Part shown: positions 20,201-29,481 of the stretch, piece after piece
How positions within the stretch are numbered: position 1 is the stretch's first letter
How the letters are laid out: every line of letters begins with the position of its first letter
Source: Candidatus Latescibacterota bacterium
Lineage (GTDB): Bacteria > Latescibacterota > UBA2968 > GCA-2709665
DNA: 64,000 nt
Direction: 5' to 3'
Assembly: GCA_965222075.1 (NCBI GenBank)
Contig: OZ244937.1
Span: 3,083,670-3,147,669 of the forward strand
The notes under the pieces: model-generated
What the model was told of the DNA's origin: nothing
The model's input: only the letters and a program-made list of their open reading frames with translations
Database searches by the model: none
Program-made: the position numbers and the translations under genes

Positions 20201-20371
20201 ATACCCGATGCGCATCCAGAGAAATCGGGGCATAAACCCGGACGGGAAGAGCTGTACCGAAATGCGGGTATAGGCCATCGCGCCCACCACCAGCAGGGCC
20301 ACCAGACACATCGTCACCGTCACCGGACGGGTCACAGACAGGCGCGGCAAAAGAGACGGCTTCTCTTCCAT
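17207..20371 (-). CDS. RND efflux transporter permease (AcrB/HAE1-like), no adjacent MFP/OMF partner
   Basis: 1054 aa. 12-TM AcrB architecture with two large periplasmic loops and conserved N-terminal TM1. Confidence 0.9.
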   Translation of the reverse strand: MEEKPSLLPRLSVTRPVTVTMCLVALLVVGAMAYTRISVQLFPSGFMPRFLWMRIGYPGATPQEVEQQIARPLEETLRTVKGIEQIRTYSGTWGVGAPLRFRQDADMELAYNQVMDRLERLKPQLPEEARDKTFVWKRNEEGDAEIMWVGVAIDSSIVDPYRFLETHVQRPLERIDGVAKVDFWGVNEKEVMVEVDQERLRSRGVNTYELVQALRSDNFAIAGGYVHEDGKRFYVRSVAKYRTLEEIGNIPIRGRNGQVRLKEVADVVYDVSPARWGYQRIDGRMAASLEVKRESGGNIVAICDRVVEALERIEAQPATAGLAFNVFFNDGQFIRQSIRNLQNTALWGGFFAAMVLLFFLRTVRMTAIITLAIPLCVMITMMVLYFVDWSLNMVTMMGLMVGVGMVVDNAIVILENIYRMREKGEAPREASIRGASEVALAIIMATLTTVVVFLPLMLMGRNAWMAFQLSRIGVPVMIMLVGSLFVALLFIPLAGVRFGGHRVKQDPKSIGWARRVYGQALGWTLRHRRDTLLIVLAVFATILYPSGKLKRTDSARGNINDIHIRVYPPRNFSMLETYDVLMEMEDFLNTKREAYGIRTIRLWFRRTYGRFTIFLKANPDEAWWYVAYKDLQAKLGYPVDARMDRKAVIKDLKKHVPKFVGVRVGVQSRGRGSGDPSVSIYLYGNDTEVLAGMTEEVERRLRAIPSVISVDTDLERANDEVQVRIDRERAQRYGISPQLVGRSLAYGLGGVNLPPYQSGEREVRTRLYLEKVDRQTLHQLKNFSFRSRSGEEIPLAEFASLTVAKGSGTIRREDGKTRLRVFAFTTKDDLKGLYGEIDQAMEGFAMPRGYSWNKGERYAKFKESDNEMGFALAMAIVSVFLLMGVLFESFVLPFSVLFSIPFAFLGVYWTLFLTNTPFGMMATIGLIVLIGVVVNNAIVLVDMVNRLRADGMDRTEAIREAGHNRFRPILMTTFTTVFGLLPMSIGNSNLIGIPYAPLGRTMMGGLLCSTFLTLFVVPLFYTYLDDLRMILRRIIVAVFSRSEAVSYRGAQADG

Positions 20372-20454
20372 TCATCCTTCCTTTCCAGTTCCTCATCGGT
20401 CTGTTTTAAATTCAGACGCATGAGATCCTGGATAAGATGCATCGGTGGTTGCTT

Positions 20455-22152
20455 TCACCTGTCAAAGTACGGATGCTTCGCCACCGGCGGATGGGGGACC
20501 TCGCCCCTCGGCTTCTGAAGGGTCACATCCTCAAAGAGCAACGACGGCACAACAAAAGAAACAACGCCACTGTGTATCCCCGAGGCGCTTCGTGCCCTGA
20601 ACGGCGCGGTGTAGACCGTCTGATTCTTAGACGCGGCCACGATCTCTTTGAATGTCGACTCGGTGATATCCGACAGCCCCGCATTCCGGATCAGCTCCTC
20701 GCGCCCGTCCGGGAAGACCTTGTAAGCAAGGATAAGGTTCCCCACCCGTGCTCCTCTCCGGCTGAGGCCGCGCACCCTCAAGGCCGGGTTGCCGATGCGC
20801 CGTACGACGATTCCATACTTCTTCTTACGCTTCTTGACCAGTTTGAGGAACGCCTTCACCATCTTCTTGTCGCTGTATCCTTTTTTTGCGGTCACAAAAA
20901 GATTGCTCGGCACGGCGTTCGGCCCGCGCCGGCTCCCCGTGCTCTTCACAATCCCGGAGACCGGGTTACGCGTTGTAAGCAACGTGTTCAGTATCCCGTT
21001 CTCTACAAGCGCCGTCCTGCGCGCACGCACGCCTTCATCGTCCACCCTGGCCCCTCCGACAAGCCGGCTCTTTTTGTACTCGCTCACTGTGGGTGCGTCC
21101 ACAACGCTTAGAAACTCCGGCAGCACCCGTGCGCCGATCTTGTCTAAGAAGGGATTCCTGCCCTGCGAGGGGCCCCGGCCGCCCCCCGAGATCGGTGCGC
21201 GCGAAGCCAGCAGCCTCGGCGCAAAAATCCGGCCAAACAGCGCCGCTGCCGCCTGCCTCTCGAAAAGCACCGGGCCGTTGTACGAATCCACAACCGGCGC
21301 AGCCCGGAGGCTGGCCAGCCGCGCCCCCATCTCCTCAATACGGGCCCTGAGCGCCTCCCTGTTGGGAAGGTCGTCCATCGAGCGCCCGTAGGCCGCCACG
21401 AAGTCCTCCAGCGGCATCCCATCCGGCGCCTGTGTGCCCGCAAGCGCTGTGAAAGTGACAGAAGGCCTGATGCGGGTAAAGGATGTGCCCTCACTATTCA
21501 GATAGCGGGTATGGACGTTATCCACACTCAAACGAACCGTAGACGTAAAAACATCCGGCATCTCTTTGAAAAGCGCAGAAAGGTCGCGCACCAGCGCCTC
21601 CGCTTCGGCTATGTCCACCTCCACGGGCGCAGCCTCGTCGGTAATCGACGTGGGGGCCTCCCGGCTGAAGTCGGAGATCTCCTCGATGCGCGTCCGGTGC
21701 TGTAACTCGGCCTGTTTCCTGGACAGGTCTTCCACCGCCTGTTTGTACGCGCCGTCGGTGGCCAGCCAGATCTGTCTCCTCAGCTCCTTGTAGTCATCGT
21801 CCAAAGGAAGCCGGGCCCTTCCTCCAAATCTCCTGACACGGAAGTTGGTATTGTCAAAGTCGTAGTCTCCCACCCGCACCTCCACATTCAGGGAACGCCC
21901 CCTGCCTTTGCTGCTGCCCAGCAGCGAACCGAAACTGGCCGACGCGCTTGCGCCCCAGCTCTCCTCCACGCGGTAGGCCATAAAATAGGGCCTCTCCAGC
22001 TGCTCGAGCTGGAGTTTGTCCATCGAACGCGCAAGCTCGTCGCGCATCGCCTTCATCACGACATCCTCTTCGGCGTATACGTATATCGACGTAAAAAGGG
22101 CCAGAACGCCCATCAAAGCACAAATCGCGGATCGCATCACATCTCTCTTCAT
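20455..22152 (-). CDS. TldD/PmbA family metallopeptidase, secreted
   Basis: Start taken at MKRDVMRSAICALMGVLALF (signal peptide); the upstream R-rich extension is rejected. Only a 7-nt gap to the preceding paralog. Confidence 0.7.
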   Translation of the reverse strand: MKRDVMRSAICALMGVLALFTSIYVYAEEDVVMKAMRDELARSMDKLQLEQLERPYFMAYRVEESWGASASASFGSLLGSSKGRGRSLNVEVRVGDYDFDNTNFRVRRFGGRARLPLDDDYKELRRQIWLATDGAYKQAVEDLSRKQAELQHRTRIEEISDFSREAPTSITDEAAPVEVDIAEAEALVRDLSALFKEMPDVFTSTVRLSVDNVHTRYLNSEGTSFTRIRPSVTFTALAGTQAPDGMPLEDFVAAYGRSMDDLPNREALRARIEEMGARLASLRAAPVVDSYNGPVLFERQAAAALFGRIFAPRLLASRAPISGGGRGPSQGRNPFLDKIGARVLPEFLSVVDAPTVSEYKKSRLVGGARVDDEGVRARRTALVENGILNTLLTTRNPVSGIVKSTGSRRGPNAVPSNLFVTAKKGYSDKKMVKAFLKLVKKRKKKYGIVVRRIGNPALRVRGLSRRGARVGNLILAYKVFPDGREELIRNAGLSDITESTFKEIVAASKNQTVYTAPFRARSASGIHSGVVSFVVPSLLFEDVTLQKPRGEVPHPPVAKHPYFDR

Positions 22153-22159
22153 CCCGGGG

Positions 22160-23854
22160 TTATTGTTGATCCTCAAAGGGCGGGGGAAGCACCGGCGGCC
22201 GCGCCTGGGACTTCTCCTTCTTCTGCACCTCGATCTGAGAGATGAGAATACCGGGCGACACCGCCGAAACCGGGACACCCCCCGATTCCGCGCCGCAGAT
22301 CCCGTTGAAAACCTCGGCCTCATTGTCTGCCGTAGCAATCTGACTGAAGGCAGTAAGAGGCGTCCCAATCAGGTCCACGCCGCGCACCAGTTCCTCCTGC
22401 CCATCGGGGGTGATGCGATAGACCATGATCGGCAGCACATTGAAGGCGTTTGGAATCGTTCGCCCTGTAATCGTGAACCCCCCCTGGATGTCTTCAAAGA
22501 GAAGCCCGAACGGCTTGTTCTCACGCTTCAACTGCGCAGTGAGCATCTCCTTCAGGTCCGCCCGCGACACCGATTCAGACACCTCCACAACCAGGTTCGA
22601 CTGGCGCGCCACCGGCGCATACCCCGGCTGTCTTCGGCCGTGGCCGTTCGAGTTGGGGAATCCCTCGATGGGTGACCGGGACATCAAAAAGCGTTTGAAC
22701 ACGCCCGCCTCGATCACATCCACCCGCCTCGCCTTGACCCCCTGGTTGTCGTACCGGTATGCCCCAACCAGATCCGTCGTACCCAACCGATCCAGGGTCG
22801 GATCGAAAGAGACCGAAAAGGCCTCGGGCAGGACCTTCTCGTTCACCTTTTTCTTGAACGTCTGCCCCTCTTCCTCGCTCTTCTGCCGGTGCCCCTCGAT
22901 GCGGTGTCCGAAGACCTCGTGGAAAAAGACCCCGCTGGCCCTGCCCGAAAGAATCGCCGGCCCGGTGGAGGGCTCAACAATCGGCGCGCTGCGGAGGGCC
23001 TGCAGGTCCCCAATCATCCGCTCCACCGCCTCAAGCACCGCCTCATCCCCTGGAAGGCCTTCGGGTGTTAAAGCAAAAAACGACTCGTAGCGCGGAAGCT
23101 CCATACCGTCATCCGCCTTTGTGATGGCGGAGAGGATGAGGCGATAGTGCGTTTGCGACGTCTGGATCTCCGCCCCTTCACTGTCCACAAACCACCGCAT
23201 CTCCGCCGTCGCGCTGATCGATGCGCTGGCATGGTAGATATCGCCGTACCCGGCAAAAGGCGTCGTGTACTTCCTGACCTTCTCCTCCCACGCACCGCGG
23301 TCCACGGCGATCTGCAGGGGCGCCTCCACGTAGGTTTCGGGCGCCTCCCGGGAAAAATCGTCCGACCGGTCTTCCTGCTCAACGGTCACCTGCACATTGG
23401 TCTTCACCCGGGTCAGCTGCTCCACCGCGCGCTTGTATCTCTGGTCGGTGTGAAACCAGAGGACGCCCCGGATCGCGTCGGAATCGTCACCTAAGGGAAT
23501 CTGAACAAAGGCGTACCGCCTGCCAAAGCGGCGAGACCGGCCGCGCACGGGATGGGTATTGTCCATGGCATAGGCGCCCACCCTTATGTCGATGTCCAGC
23601 TGGCGGCGGCGGTTCTCACCGCTGTAGATGAGCGTGCCAAAAGACCCGGAAGCCCCCGCCGAGTGAAGTTCCGTGACTTCATAGCTGAGATAATAGGGCG
23701 GCGTCGGCTGCTCTCCCAGAACCCCGAGCGACCGGGAGAGCTCCTGCTTCATCGCCTGGAGCACCGGCGAACGGTCTGCATCCTGCGCCCTCGCAGCGCC
23801 GACCGGGGCGACAAGCAGGGCTGTGCAGATCCCGAATACACGATATAATCGCAT
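22160..23854 (-). CDS. TldD/PmbA family metallopeptidase, secreted (partner of adjacent paralog)
   Basis: Start at MRLYRVFGICTALLVAPVGAARAQ (signal peptide; GGAGG RBS). TldD/PmbA-family similarity across length. Confidence 0.7.
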   Translation of the reverse strand: MRLYRVFGICTALLVAPVGAARAQDADRSPVLQAMKQELSRSLGVLGEQPTPPYYLSYEVTELHSAGASGSFGTLIYSGENRRRQLDIDIRVGAYAMDNTHPVRGRSRRFGRRYAFVQIPLGDDSDAIRGVLWFHTDQRYKRAVEQLTRVKTNVQVTVEQEDRSDDFSREAPETYVEAPLQIAVDRGAWEEKVRKYTTPFAGYGDIYHASASISATAEMRWFVDSEGAEIQTSQTHYRLILSAITKADDGMELPRYESFFALTPEGLPGDEAVLEAVERMIGDLQALRSAPIVEPSTGPAILSGRASGVFFHEVFGHRIEGHRQKSEEEGQTFKKKVNEKVLPEAFSVSFDPTLDRLGTTDLVGAYRYDNQGVKARRVDVIEAGVFKRFLMSRSPIEGFPNSNGHGRRQPGYAPVARQSNLVVEVSESVSRADLKEMLTAQLKRENKPFGLLFEDIQGGFTITGRTIPNAFNVLPIMVYRITPDGQEELVRGVDLIGTPLTAFSQIATADNEAEVFNGICGAESGGVPVSAVSPGILISQIEVQKKEKSQARPPVLPPPFEDQQ

Positions 23855-24031
23855 CAAACATCCTCCATCGCTTAGCCCGAACAATCAACACAGTGGAATT
23901 GAAGAAATATACGACATGGCAACCCTTCTCCAAAGGGAATTTTTGTGCCCACCTTCTTGCCTGCGCGCAGCGCGCAAGCAGGTCCCCCGGCCCCTACCTG
24001 CCGCATCCACAGGATGCCCCGTAATTTTTAG

Positions 24032-24060
24032 TTGACCTTCTGAAATTCCCAAACTATGTT
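24032..24060 (+). promoter_or_regulatory. sigma70-type promoter of copA (TTGACC-N17-TATGTT) embedded in 7-bp inverted repeat GTTGACC...GGTCAAC
   Basis: Seen directly: -35 TTGACC 24032-24037, -10 TATGTT 24055-24060. Inverted repeat arms at 24031-24037 and 24066-24072. Confidence 0.5.
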
Positions 24061-24171
24061 ATGGGGTCAACACCCAGGCGCACAGACGCGCCAGGGCGCC
24101 CGATAGAGACCCCGAAAGCCGCGAAAGGCCTACGAATACGACGCCCTCTGCACGCAAAGGCCAAAAGACGA

Positions 24172-26637
24172 CAGATGTCCGAAACCGCTGAAAAGCCCAA
24201 AACCGTCCGCCTCAGCCTCCCCATCTCCGGCATGTCCTGCGCCGCATGCGCCTCCCGCATCGAAAAGGGCCTGCAGGAGGTCCCCGGCGTGGCCGAGGCA
24301 GTCGTCAACTTCGGCGTGGAGCAGGCCACAGTCGCCTACGATCCGAAGCGGGTCGGCGTCGAACAGCTCGCCGAAAAGATCGGCGTCCTCGGCTACGATG
24401 TCCGGGGGGATGAGGTCACCCTCTCGGTGAAAGGCATGTCCTGCGCCGCATGCGTCTCCCGTGTGGAATATGCCCTAAGAGCGATCCCCGGCGTCATCAA
24501 GGCGAATGTTAACTTTGCCACCCACCAGGCAACCGTCCGCTACCTCAACATCGACGTGGACGCCCTGAAGCAGTCCGTGGCCGACGCCGGCTATGAGGCA
24601 TCGATGGTTGAGGAAGAGCAGGTATCGGAAGATCGGGAACGGGCCGACCGCCGGGCCGAATACCGGGCCGTTCGCCTCCGCTTCGTCGTGGGCGGCGTCC
24701 TCTCTGCCCTCATCATGGGTGTCGGCATGGTCCATACCCTCCTGGGCGTTGACCTCCCCACGCGGGAGATCCACCTCCTCCTCTTCCTGCTTGCAACCCC
24801 CGTCCAGTTCTGGTGCGGATGGCGGTTCCTGAAAGGCTTCCAGACCGCGCTTTGGCATGCCACGGCCGACATGAACAGCCTCATCGCCGTGGGCACCCTC
24901 GCCGCCTACGGCTACAGCACAGCCCTCACCTTTGCGCCCCGCGCCGTTGCCGAAGTCGGCCAGGCCCTGCACGTCTACTTCGACACCTCGGCCATGATAA
25001 TCACCCTCATTCTCCTTGGCCGGATGCTGGAGGCCAGGGCTAAGGGGCGCACCTCCGACGCCATCCGCAAACTGATGGACCTCCGCCCCCAGACCGCCCG
25101 CCTCATCCGGGATGACCAGACCCTTGTGGTCCCCGTTGAAGAAGTCGCCGTGGGAGACCTCCTCCGCGTCCGCCCGGGAGAAAAAATTCCCGTGGACGGC
25201 GCCCTCTACCAGGGCCGTTCCACAGTGGACGAATCGATGGTCACCGGCGAGAGCATCCCCGTGAAAAAAGGCCCCAACAGCCAGGTCACCGGCGGCACCC
25301 TTAACAAAACCGGAACCTTCACCTTTCGGGCCACCCAGGTCGGGTCGGAAACCGTCCTGGCCCGCATCGTCCAGATGGTCCGGCAGGCCCAGGGGTCCCG
25401 TGCCCCCATCCAGCGCCTCGCCGACCGGGTTGCGGGCATCTTCGTGCCCATCGTCTTCGGCATCGCCCTCCTCACCTTCCTTCTCTGGTACACCCTCGGC
25501 CCGCAGCCCCCGCTTGCTGCGGGCCTCCTCAACGCCGTCGCCGTCCTCATCATCGCCTGCCCCTGCGCAATGGGCCTGGCCACCCCCACCGCCATCATGG
25601 TCGGCACCGGCCGGGGCGCCGAATTCGGCGTCCTCATTAAAGGGGGCGACGTCCTGGAAACCGCCTGCCGGCTCGACACGGTCGTCTTAGACAAAACCGG
25701 CACCCTCACCACCGGCGCGCCCGCCGTCACCGACCTCATCCCCGCCGACGGCTTCAGCGAAAAGGACCTGCTTGTGCTGGCCGCCTCGGCCGAACAGGCC
25801 TCGGAGCACCCCCTCGGTGAGGCCATCCTCAAAGCGGCGGGCGAACAAAACCTCTCCCTGCGGGAGGCGCAGGCATTCGAAGCCTTCCCCGGAGAGGGCA
25901 TCGCCGCAGAAATCGCAGGGGTCACCCTACTCCTGGGCAACCGGCGGCTGATGGAAAATCAGGAAGTTCTTCTGGACGGATGGGCAGGACAGGCAAAGCG
26001 GCTTGAAAGAGAAGGAAAAACCACCGTATTCATCGCAGCCGACGGCCGGCCGGCGGGGCTTATCGGCATCGCCGACACCCTCAAGCCGGGGGCCGCAGAC
26101 GCAGTGGCCGACCTCCACGGCCTGGGCCTGAAAGTCGCCCTGGTCACCGGCGACAACGCCCGAACCGCAGAGGCGGTCGCCCGGATCGTCGGCATCGACC
26201 GGGTGCTGTCCGAAGTCATGCCGGAAGGGAAAGCCGACCGGATCGCGGAGCTTCAGGCCGGGCGAAAAGGGGTCGGCATGGTAGGCGATGGCATCAACGA
26301 CGCCCCCGCCTTAGCCCGGGCCGACGTCGGCATCGCCATCGGCACCGGCGCAGACATCGCCAAAGAAAGCGCAGACATCACCCTCATCTCCGGAGATCTG
26401 AGCGGCATCGGCGCGGCGGTGCGGCTCTCTAAGAAGACCATGCGAGTCATTCGCCAGAACCTCTTCTGGGCATTTGCCTACAACACCCTCCTCATCCCCA
26501 TCGCCGCTGTGGGCCTTCTCAACCCCCTTGGCGGCCCCATGCTCGCAGCGGCGGCCATGGCCTTCAGCTCCGTCTCCGTCCTCTCCAACTCCCTCCGGCT
26601 GCGGCGGTTCGATCCAACTCAGCGCCGGTTCGCATAA
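24172..26637 (+). CDS. copA: Copper-translocating P1B-type ATPase with two N-terminal HMA domains
   Basis: Two GMSCAAC HMA motifs, CPC ([12 protein letters not shown]), DKTGTLT, and the GDGINDAP hinge. Start chosen at MSETAEK; the upstream basic extension of the ORF is rejected. Confidence 0.9.
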   Translation, partial: QMSETAEKPKTVRLSLPISGMSCAACASRIEKGLQEVPGVAEAVVNFGVEQATVAYDPKRVGVEQLAEKIGVLGYDVRGDEVTLSVKGMSCAACVSRVEYALRAIPGVIKANVNFATHQATVRYLNIDVDALKQSVADAGYEASMVEEEQVSEDRERADRRAEYRAVRLRFVVGGVLSALIMGVGMVHTLLGVDLPTREIHLLLFLLATPVQFWCGWRFLKGFQTALWHATADMNSLIAVGTLAAYGYSTALTFAPRAVAEVGQALHVYFDTSAMIITLILLGRMLEARAKGRTSDAIRKLMDLRPQTARLIRDDQTLVVPVEEVAVGDLLRVRPGEKIPVDGALYQGRSTVDESMVTGESIPVKKGPNSQVTGGTLNKTGTFTFRATQVGSETVLARIVQMVRQAQGSRAPIQRLADRVAGIFVPIVFGIALLTFLLWYTLGPQPPLAAGLLNAVAVLIIACPCAMGLATPTAIMVGTGRGAEFGVLIKGGDVLETACRLDTVVLDKTGTLTTGAPAVTDLIPADGFSEKDLLVLAASAEQASEHPLGEAILKAAGEQNLSLREAQAFEAFPGEGIAAEIAGVTLLLGNRRLMENQEVLLDGWAGQAKRLEREGKTTVFIAADGRPAGLIGIADTLKPGAADAVADLHGLGLKVALVTGDNARTAEAVARIVGIDRVLSEVMPEGKADRIAELQAGRKGVGMVGDGINDAPALARADVGIAIGTGADIAKESADITLISGDLSGIGAAVRLSKKTMRVIRQNLFWAFAYNTLLIPIAAVGLLNPLGGPMLAAAAMAFSSVSVLSNSLRLRRFDPTQRRFA

Positions 26638-27740
26638 TTCAAAATCCCCTTCACAATCCGTTCGGCGCTCCGCTGCCGGTTCTTGTGAAACCGCAGCCTG
26701 TAGGCCTCGCCCCTGTCGTGCATATTGTGGACCTCAACCAAGATCTCGGCATACGCCCGGTTGTTCCGGAGCACCCCCAAGTTGCGCCCCATGATCTGTG
26801 CGGGGAGATCGGGATGGTGCAGGGCCTTCTGCATCACCTGCGCGAACTTTCGGGAACGTTTATCGACCTTCCCCCTCCGGTTCAAATAGATCGCCAGCGG
26901 TCCCTTGGGCCGCCCCGGGCTGTTGTCTGCATGCAGCGAAACAAAAAGGCTCTTCCCCTTCCGGGCGCCCTTGAAATGCCGGTTGGCAATCCTGACCCGT
27001 TGTAAGAGATTGTTCCCGCCGGGACGGACGGAGCCCGAACGCCTCTGGTTCCTCTTCGCGTCGTTGTAAACCTCGTTCTGCTCGTGCACGAAGGTCACGC
27101 TCGCCCGGAAGTTGTCGCGTATGAGGTGGTTGGGGCTGATCACCGTCAGCTCCACCTCCGCGCCCTTCAGCCGCAGAAGTTCGTATACCCGCAGCGCAAT
27201 ATCGTAGACATACTCGTCCTCAACCACGTAGACCGAACGCTCCACCCCGTCCTTATTCGATACAATCGCCCCCGGATCGATGCCCCCATGCCCGGGATCA
27301 ACCACCACCTTCCAGCCCTTCAGCGGCAGCCGCCTGCCCCGGTTTTGGGCCAGCCTGGCACGGATCTCTGCGTCGAACGCCTGCAATAGCGCACGGGCGT
27401 TCTGGTAATCCTTGATCGGTCGAAACCGGGAAGGCTCGATATACTTCCGGCTCTGCTGTGCAGCCACCCTCGGTTTATAAAAATAATAAGGACCGTTCTC
27501 GGCCTTTATCTCCTTGAGCCTGGGCCCCAAACGCAGCACCTGTCCCGGATAGACCCGGTCGCTCCGGAGCCGGTTGAGCCGCTTGATCTCCTTTACGCTC
27601 ACCTGGAACAGGCGGGCAATCGACCAGAGGGAATCCCCCTTCCGGACCTCGTACGTCAGAGAAAGCCCAAGCGGCTCCCCCAGGGTAAACAGGACCAGAA
27701 AAAGCCCGACACAGACCTGGAAAATGCGGTGTAAGGTCAT
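26619..27740 (-). CDS. N-acetylmuramoyl-L-alanine amidase (Amidase_3) with LysM domain
   Basis: LysM ([29 protein letters not shown]...GQVLRL) followed by [13 protein letters not shown] amidase_3 motif. Start at [18 protein letters not shown] (signal/TM). Confidence 0.85.
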   Translation of the reverse strand: MTLHRIFQVCVGLFLVLFTLGEPLGLSLTYEVRKGDSLWSIARLFQVSVKEIKRLNRLRSDRVYPGQVLRLGPRLKEIKAENGPYYFYKPRVAAQQSRKYIEPSRFRPIKDYQNARALLQAFDAEIRARLAQNRGRRLPLKGWKVVVDPGHGGIDPGAIVSNKDGVERSVYVVEDEYVYDIALRVYELLRLKGAEVELTVISPNHLIRDNFRASVTFVHEQNEVYNDAKRNQRRSGSVRPGGNNLLQRVRIANRHFKGARKGKSLFVSLHADNSPGRPKGPLAIYLNRRGKVDKRSRKFAQVMQKALHHPDLPAQIMGRNLGVLRNNRAYAEILVEVHNMHDRGEAYRLRFHKNRQRSAERIVKGILNYANRR

Positions 27741-28130
27741 AGATTTAAAAACTGAAGGAGGATAAATTTTGGGGGGATTTGGCCTTGTGGTTGACCACAG
27801 CCGCGGAACCCCGGGTACAAACGGTGCAGCACCCGAACGCATGATGCCTCTGAGTTCGCAGTCGTGGCCAATCGTCTTCAGGCGGCACCGAAGGGGCACG
27901 GTGCAAAGCCGGAAAAGACCCTTGAACATGCCAAAACATAGGGACTTTGGGGGAAAAAGGCAAGAGAAAGCGGCCAGACCGTATCCTGAACCGGTTGGTC
28001 CTTTTCACCGCTCAAGTTGGTGTTTTCCACCAACTCTCTCATTTAAACGAGCTTGAACGAGCCCAATTTTCTTCTACATAAGTCTTATAAGAACAATTTC
28101 TTATATAAATATCTCCTGTTCATCAAAAAC

Positions 28131-28148
28131 CCGGCACGCCCCTTGCAG
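28131..28148 (+). promoter_or_regulatory. sigma54 (-24/-12) promoter upstream of pspA: cCGGCACGccccTTGCAg
   Basis: GG (28133-34) and GC (28145-46) are spaced exactly 10 nt apart, matching TGGCACG-N4-TTGCA consensus in 11 of 12 conserved positions. Lies 58 nt upstream of pspA ATG. AT-rich inverted repeat TTATAAGAA-caat-TTCTTATA at ~28085-28105 is a candidate UAS/IHF region. Confidence 0.65.
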
Positions 28149-28205
28149 AGAAGACGGCTGGAAGCTGCCGTTTCACGTTTCACAAAAAAGAGAGGAGCCA
28201 CACCG

Positions 28206-28883
28206 ATGGCCAAAGGAATCTTTTCAAGAATGGCGGACATCATCAAAGCCAACATCAACGACCTCCTGAATCGGGCGGAAGACCCGGAAAAGATGATCCG
28301 CCAGATGATCCTCGAAATGGAGGAGGCCGTCAACAAGGCGACCGCGTCCGTCGGCACCGCCGTGGCCAACGAGAAGCGGCTGGAGCGCCAGTGCCTCGAG
28401 AAAAAGGACCAGATCAAGGCCTGGCAGAAAAAGGCCGAACTCGCCGTCCAGGACGGAGAAGACGACCTGGCCCGGCGGGCGCTGGAACGGAAAGCGGCCC
28501 TGGAAGAGGCCGCCAAAGACTTGAGCGCCGCCCTCGACGAAAGCCAGCGGACCTCCAAACAGCTCAAACAGCAGCTCATGCAGCTCAAGGCCAAACTGGA
28601 CGAAGCCCGCACCCGCCAGGGCGCCCTCATCGCCCGGCGCAAAGCCGCAGAAGCCCGCAAGCAGATCGCCAAAGGCCTCTCCGGCGTGGGTGACGATGCC
28701 TTCTCCAGCTTCGAGCGGTTCCGCCAGCGGGTTGAAACCGAAGAGGCCGAAGCCGAAGCCCACCAGGAAATCGCCGGTTCCGAGCCTTCGCTGGAAGACG
28801 CCTTCACCAAACTCGAACGGAAGAGCACGGTGGAAGAGGAACTTGAAGTCCTCAAGAAAAAACTGGGCCGGACCGATGCGTGA
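28206..28883 (+). CDS. pspA: Phage shock protein A (PspA/IM30 family)
   Basis: MAKGIFSRMADIIKANINDLLNRAEDPEKMIRQMILEMEEAV is the canonical PspA N-terminus. Coiled-coil throughout. AGAGGAG RBS. Confidence 0.9.
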   Translation: MAKGIFSRMADIIKANINDLLNRAEDPEKMIRQMILEMEEAVNKATASVGTAVANEKRLERQCLEKKDQIKAWQKKAELAVQDGEDDLARRALERKAALEEAAKDLSAALDESQRTSKQLKQQLMQLKAKLDEARTRQGALIARRKAAEARKQIAKGLSGVGDDAFSSFERFRQRVETEEAEAEAHQEIAGSEPSLEDAFTKLERKSTVEEELEVLKKKLGRTDA

Positions 28884-29093
28884 CGTCCAGAAAATCTTAG
28901 ACGAAATCGCCTGCTCAAACTCGCCCGGGAAAAGGGCGGCAGCCTCACCGTCCTCGAAGCCGCCACCGATGCCCGCATGACCGTAGAAAAGGCCGAGGAG
29001 ATCCTCCGAGAACTGGCCGCCCGGGGCCACGCCGAGGTCCGCGTCTCCGAGTCGGGCCTCATCGTCTACTACTTCCCGGTGCACGAACTCTGA
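28876..29093 (+). pseudogene. Small wHTH-like ORF translationally coupled to pspA, apparently disrupted by a 1-nt frameshift (or sequencing error) near 28908-28912
   Basis: ATG 28876 overlaps the pspA stop (ATGcgTGA) and opens MRDVQKILDEIA in frame +1. Clearly protein-like sequence LLKLAREKGGSLTVLEAATDARMTVEKAEEILRELAARGHAEVRVSESGLIVYYFPVHEL* continues in frame 0 to 29093. One extra C in the gcc run would join them into a ~72-aa helix-turn-helix/beta-hairpin protein. Confidence 0.35.
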
Positions 29094-29112
29094 AACCTCA
29101 GGGAGGGCTGTC

Positions 29113-29322
29113 ATGATCGAAGTCGGATTTGGAGTTGCGCTGATCATCCTCGCTGTTGCGATCCTCAAATACGTGGAGCGACGCTACAAAGGCGCCATCC
29201 CCAGCGATGCCGAAGAACGGCTCATGGCCCGAATGGCCGAACTCGAACGACGCCTCACAGACATCCAGGACGTCATGATCACCATCGACGAAAAAATGAG
29301 CAGGAGCAATCCGGAGGAATGA
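29113..29322 (+). CDS. PspB-like single-pass membrane coiled-coil protein (paralog 1)
   Basis: 69 aa. N-terminal TM helix (IEVGFGVALIILAVAILKYV) then coiled coil SDAEERLMARMAELERRLTDIQDVMITIDEKM. Same architecture and heptad pattern as E. coli PspB. GGGAGGG RBS. Confidence 0.5.
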   Translation: MIEVGFGVALIILAVAILKYVERRYKGAIPSDAEERLMARMAELERRLTDIQDVMITIDEKMSRSNPEE

Positions 29323-29327
29323 TCTTC

Positions 29328-29447
29328 AGTGACGCCGAAAAACGGCTCATTGGCCTGGATAGACGAACTCGAACGCATGCTCACAGACATCCAGGACGTC
29401 ATGATCACCATCGACAATAAAATGAGCAGGCCCAAAGTGGAAATTTA
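29328..29447 (+). pseudogene. Degenerate duplicate of the 3' half of the PspB-like gene (no TM region, 1-nt indel)
   Basis: ~85% nucleotide identity to 29203-29305, including an identical 36-nt run ctcacagacatccaggacgtcatgatcaccatcgac. Frameshifted relative to its parent. Encodes ...IDELERMLTDIQDVMITIDNKMSRPKVEI*. Confidence 0.45.
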
Positions 29448-29481
29448 AACCGTTCACCCAAACCCACAGGGAGGAAAATAA

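Noticed and set aside
24061-24171. N-terminal 37-aa extension of copA ORF starting at ATG 24061
   Set aside because: This ATG abuts the -10 hexamer, so it would lie upstream of the TSS. The extension is basic low-complexity. The start at 24172 (MSETAEK) precedes the first HMA domain.
28085-29168. Two long minus-strand ORFs (325 and 314 aa) antisense to pspA
   Set aside because: Antisense artefacts of the GC-rich coiled-coil codons; Ser/Ala/Arg-rich.
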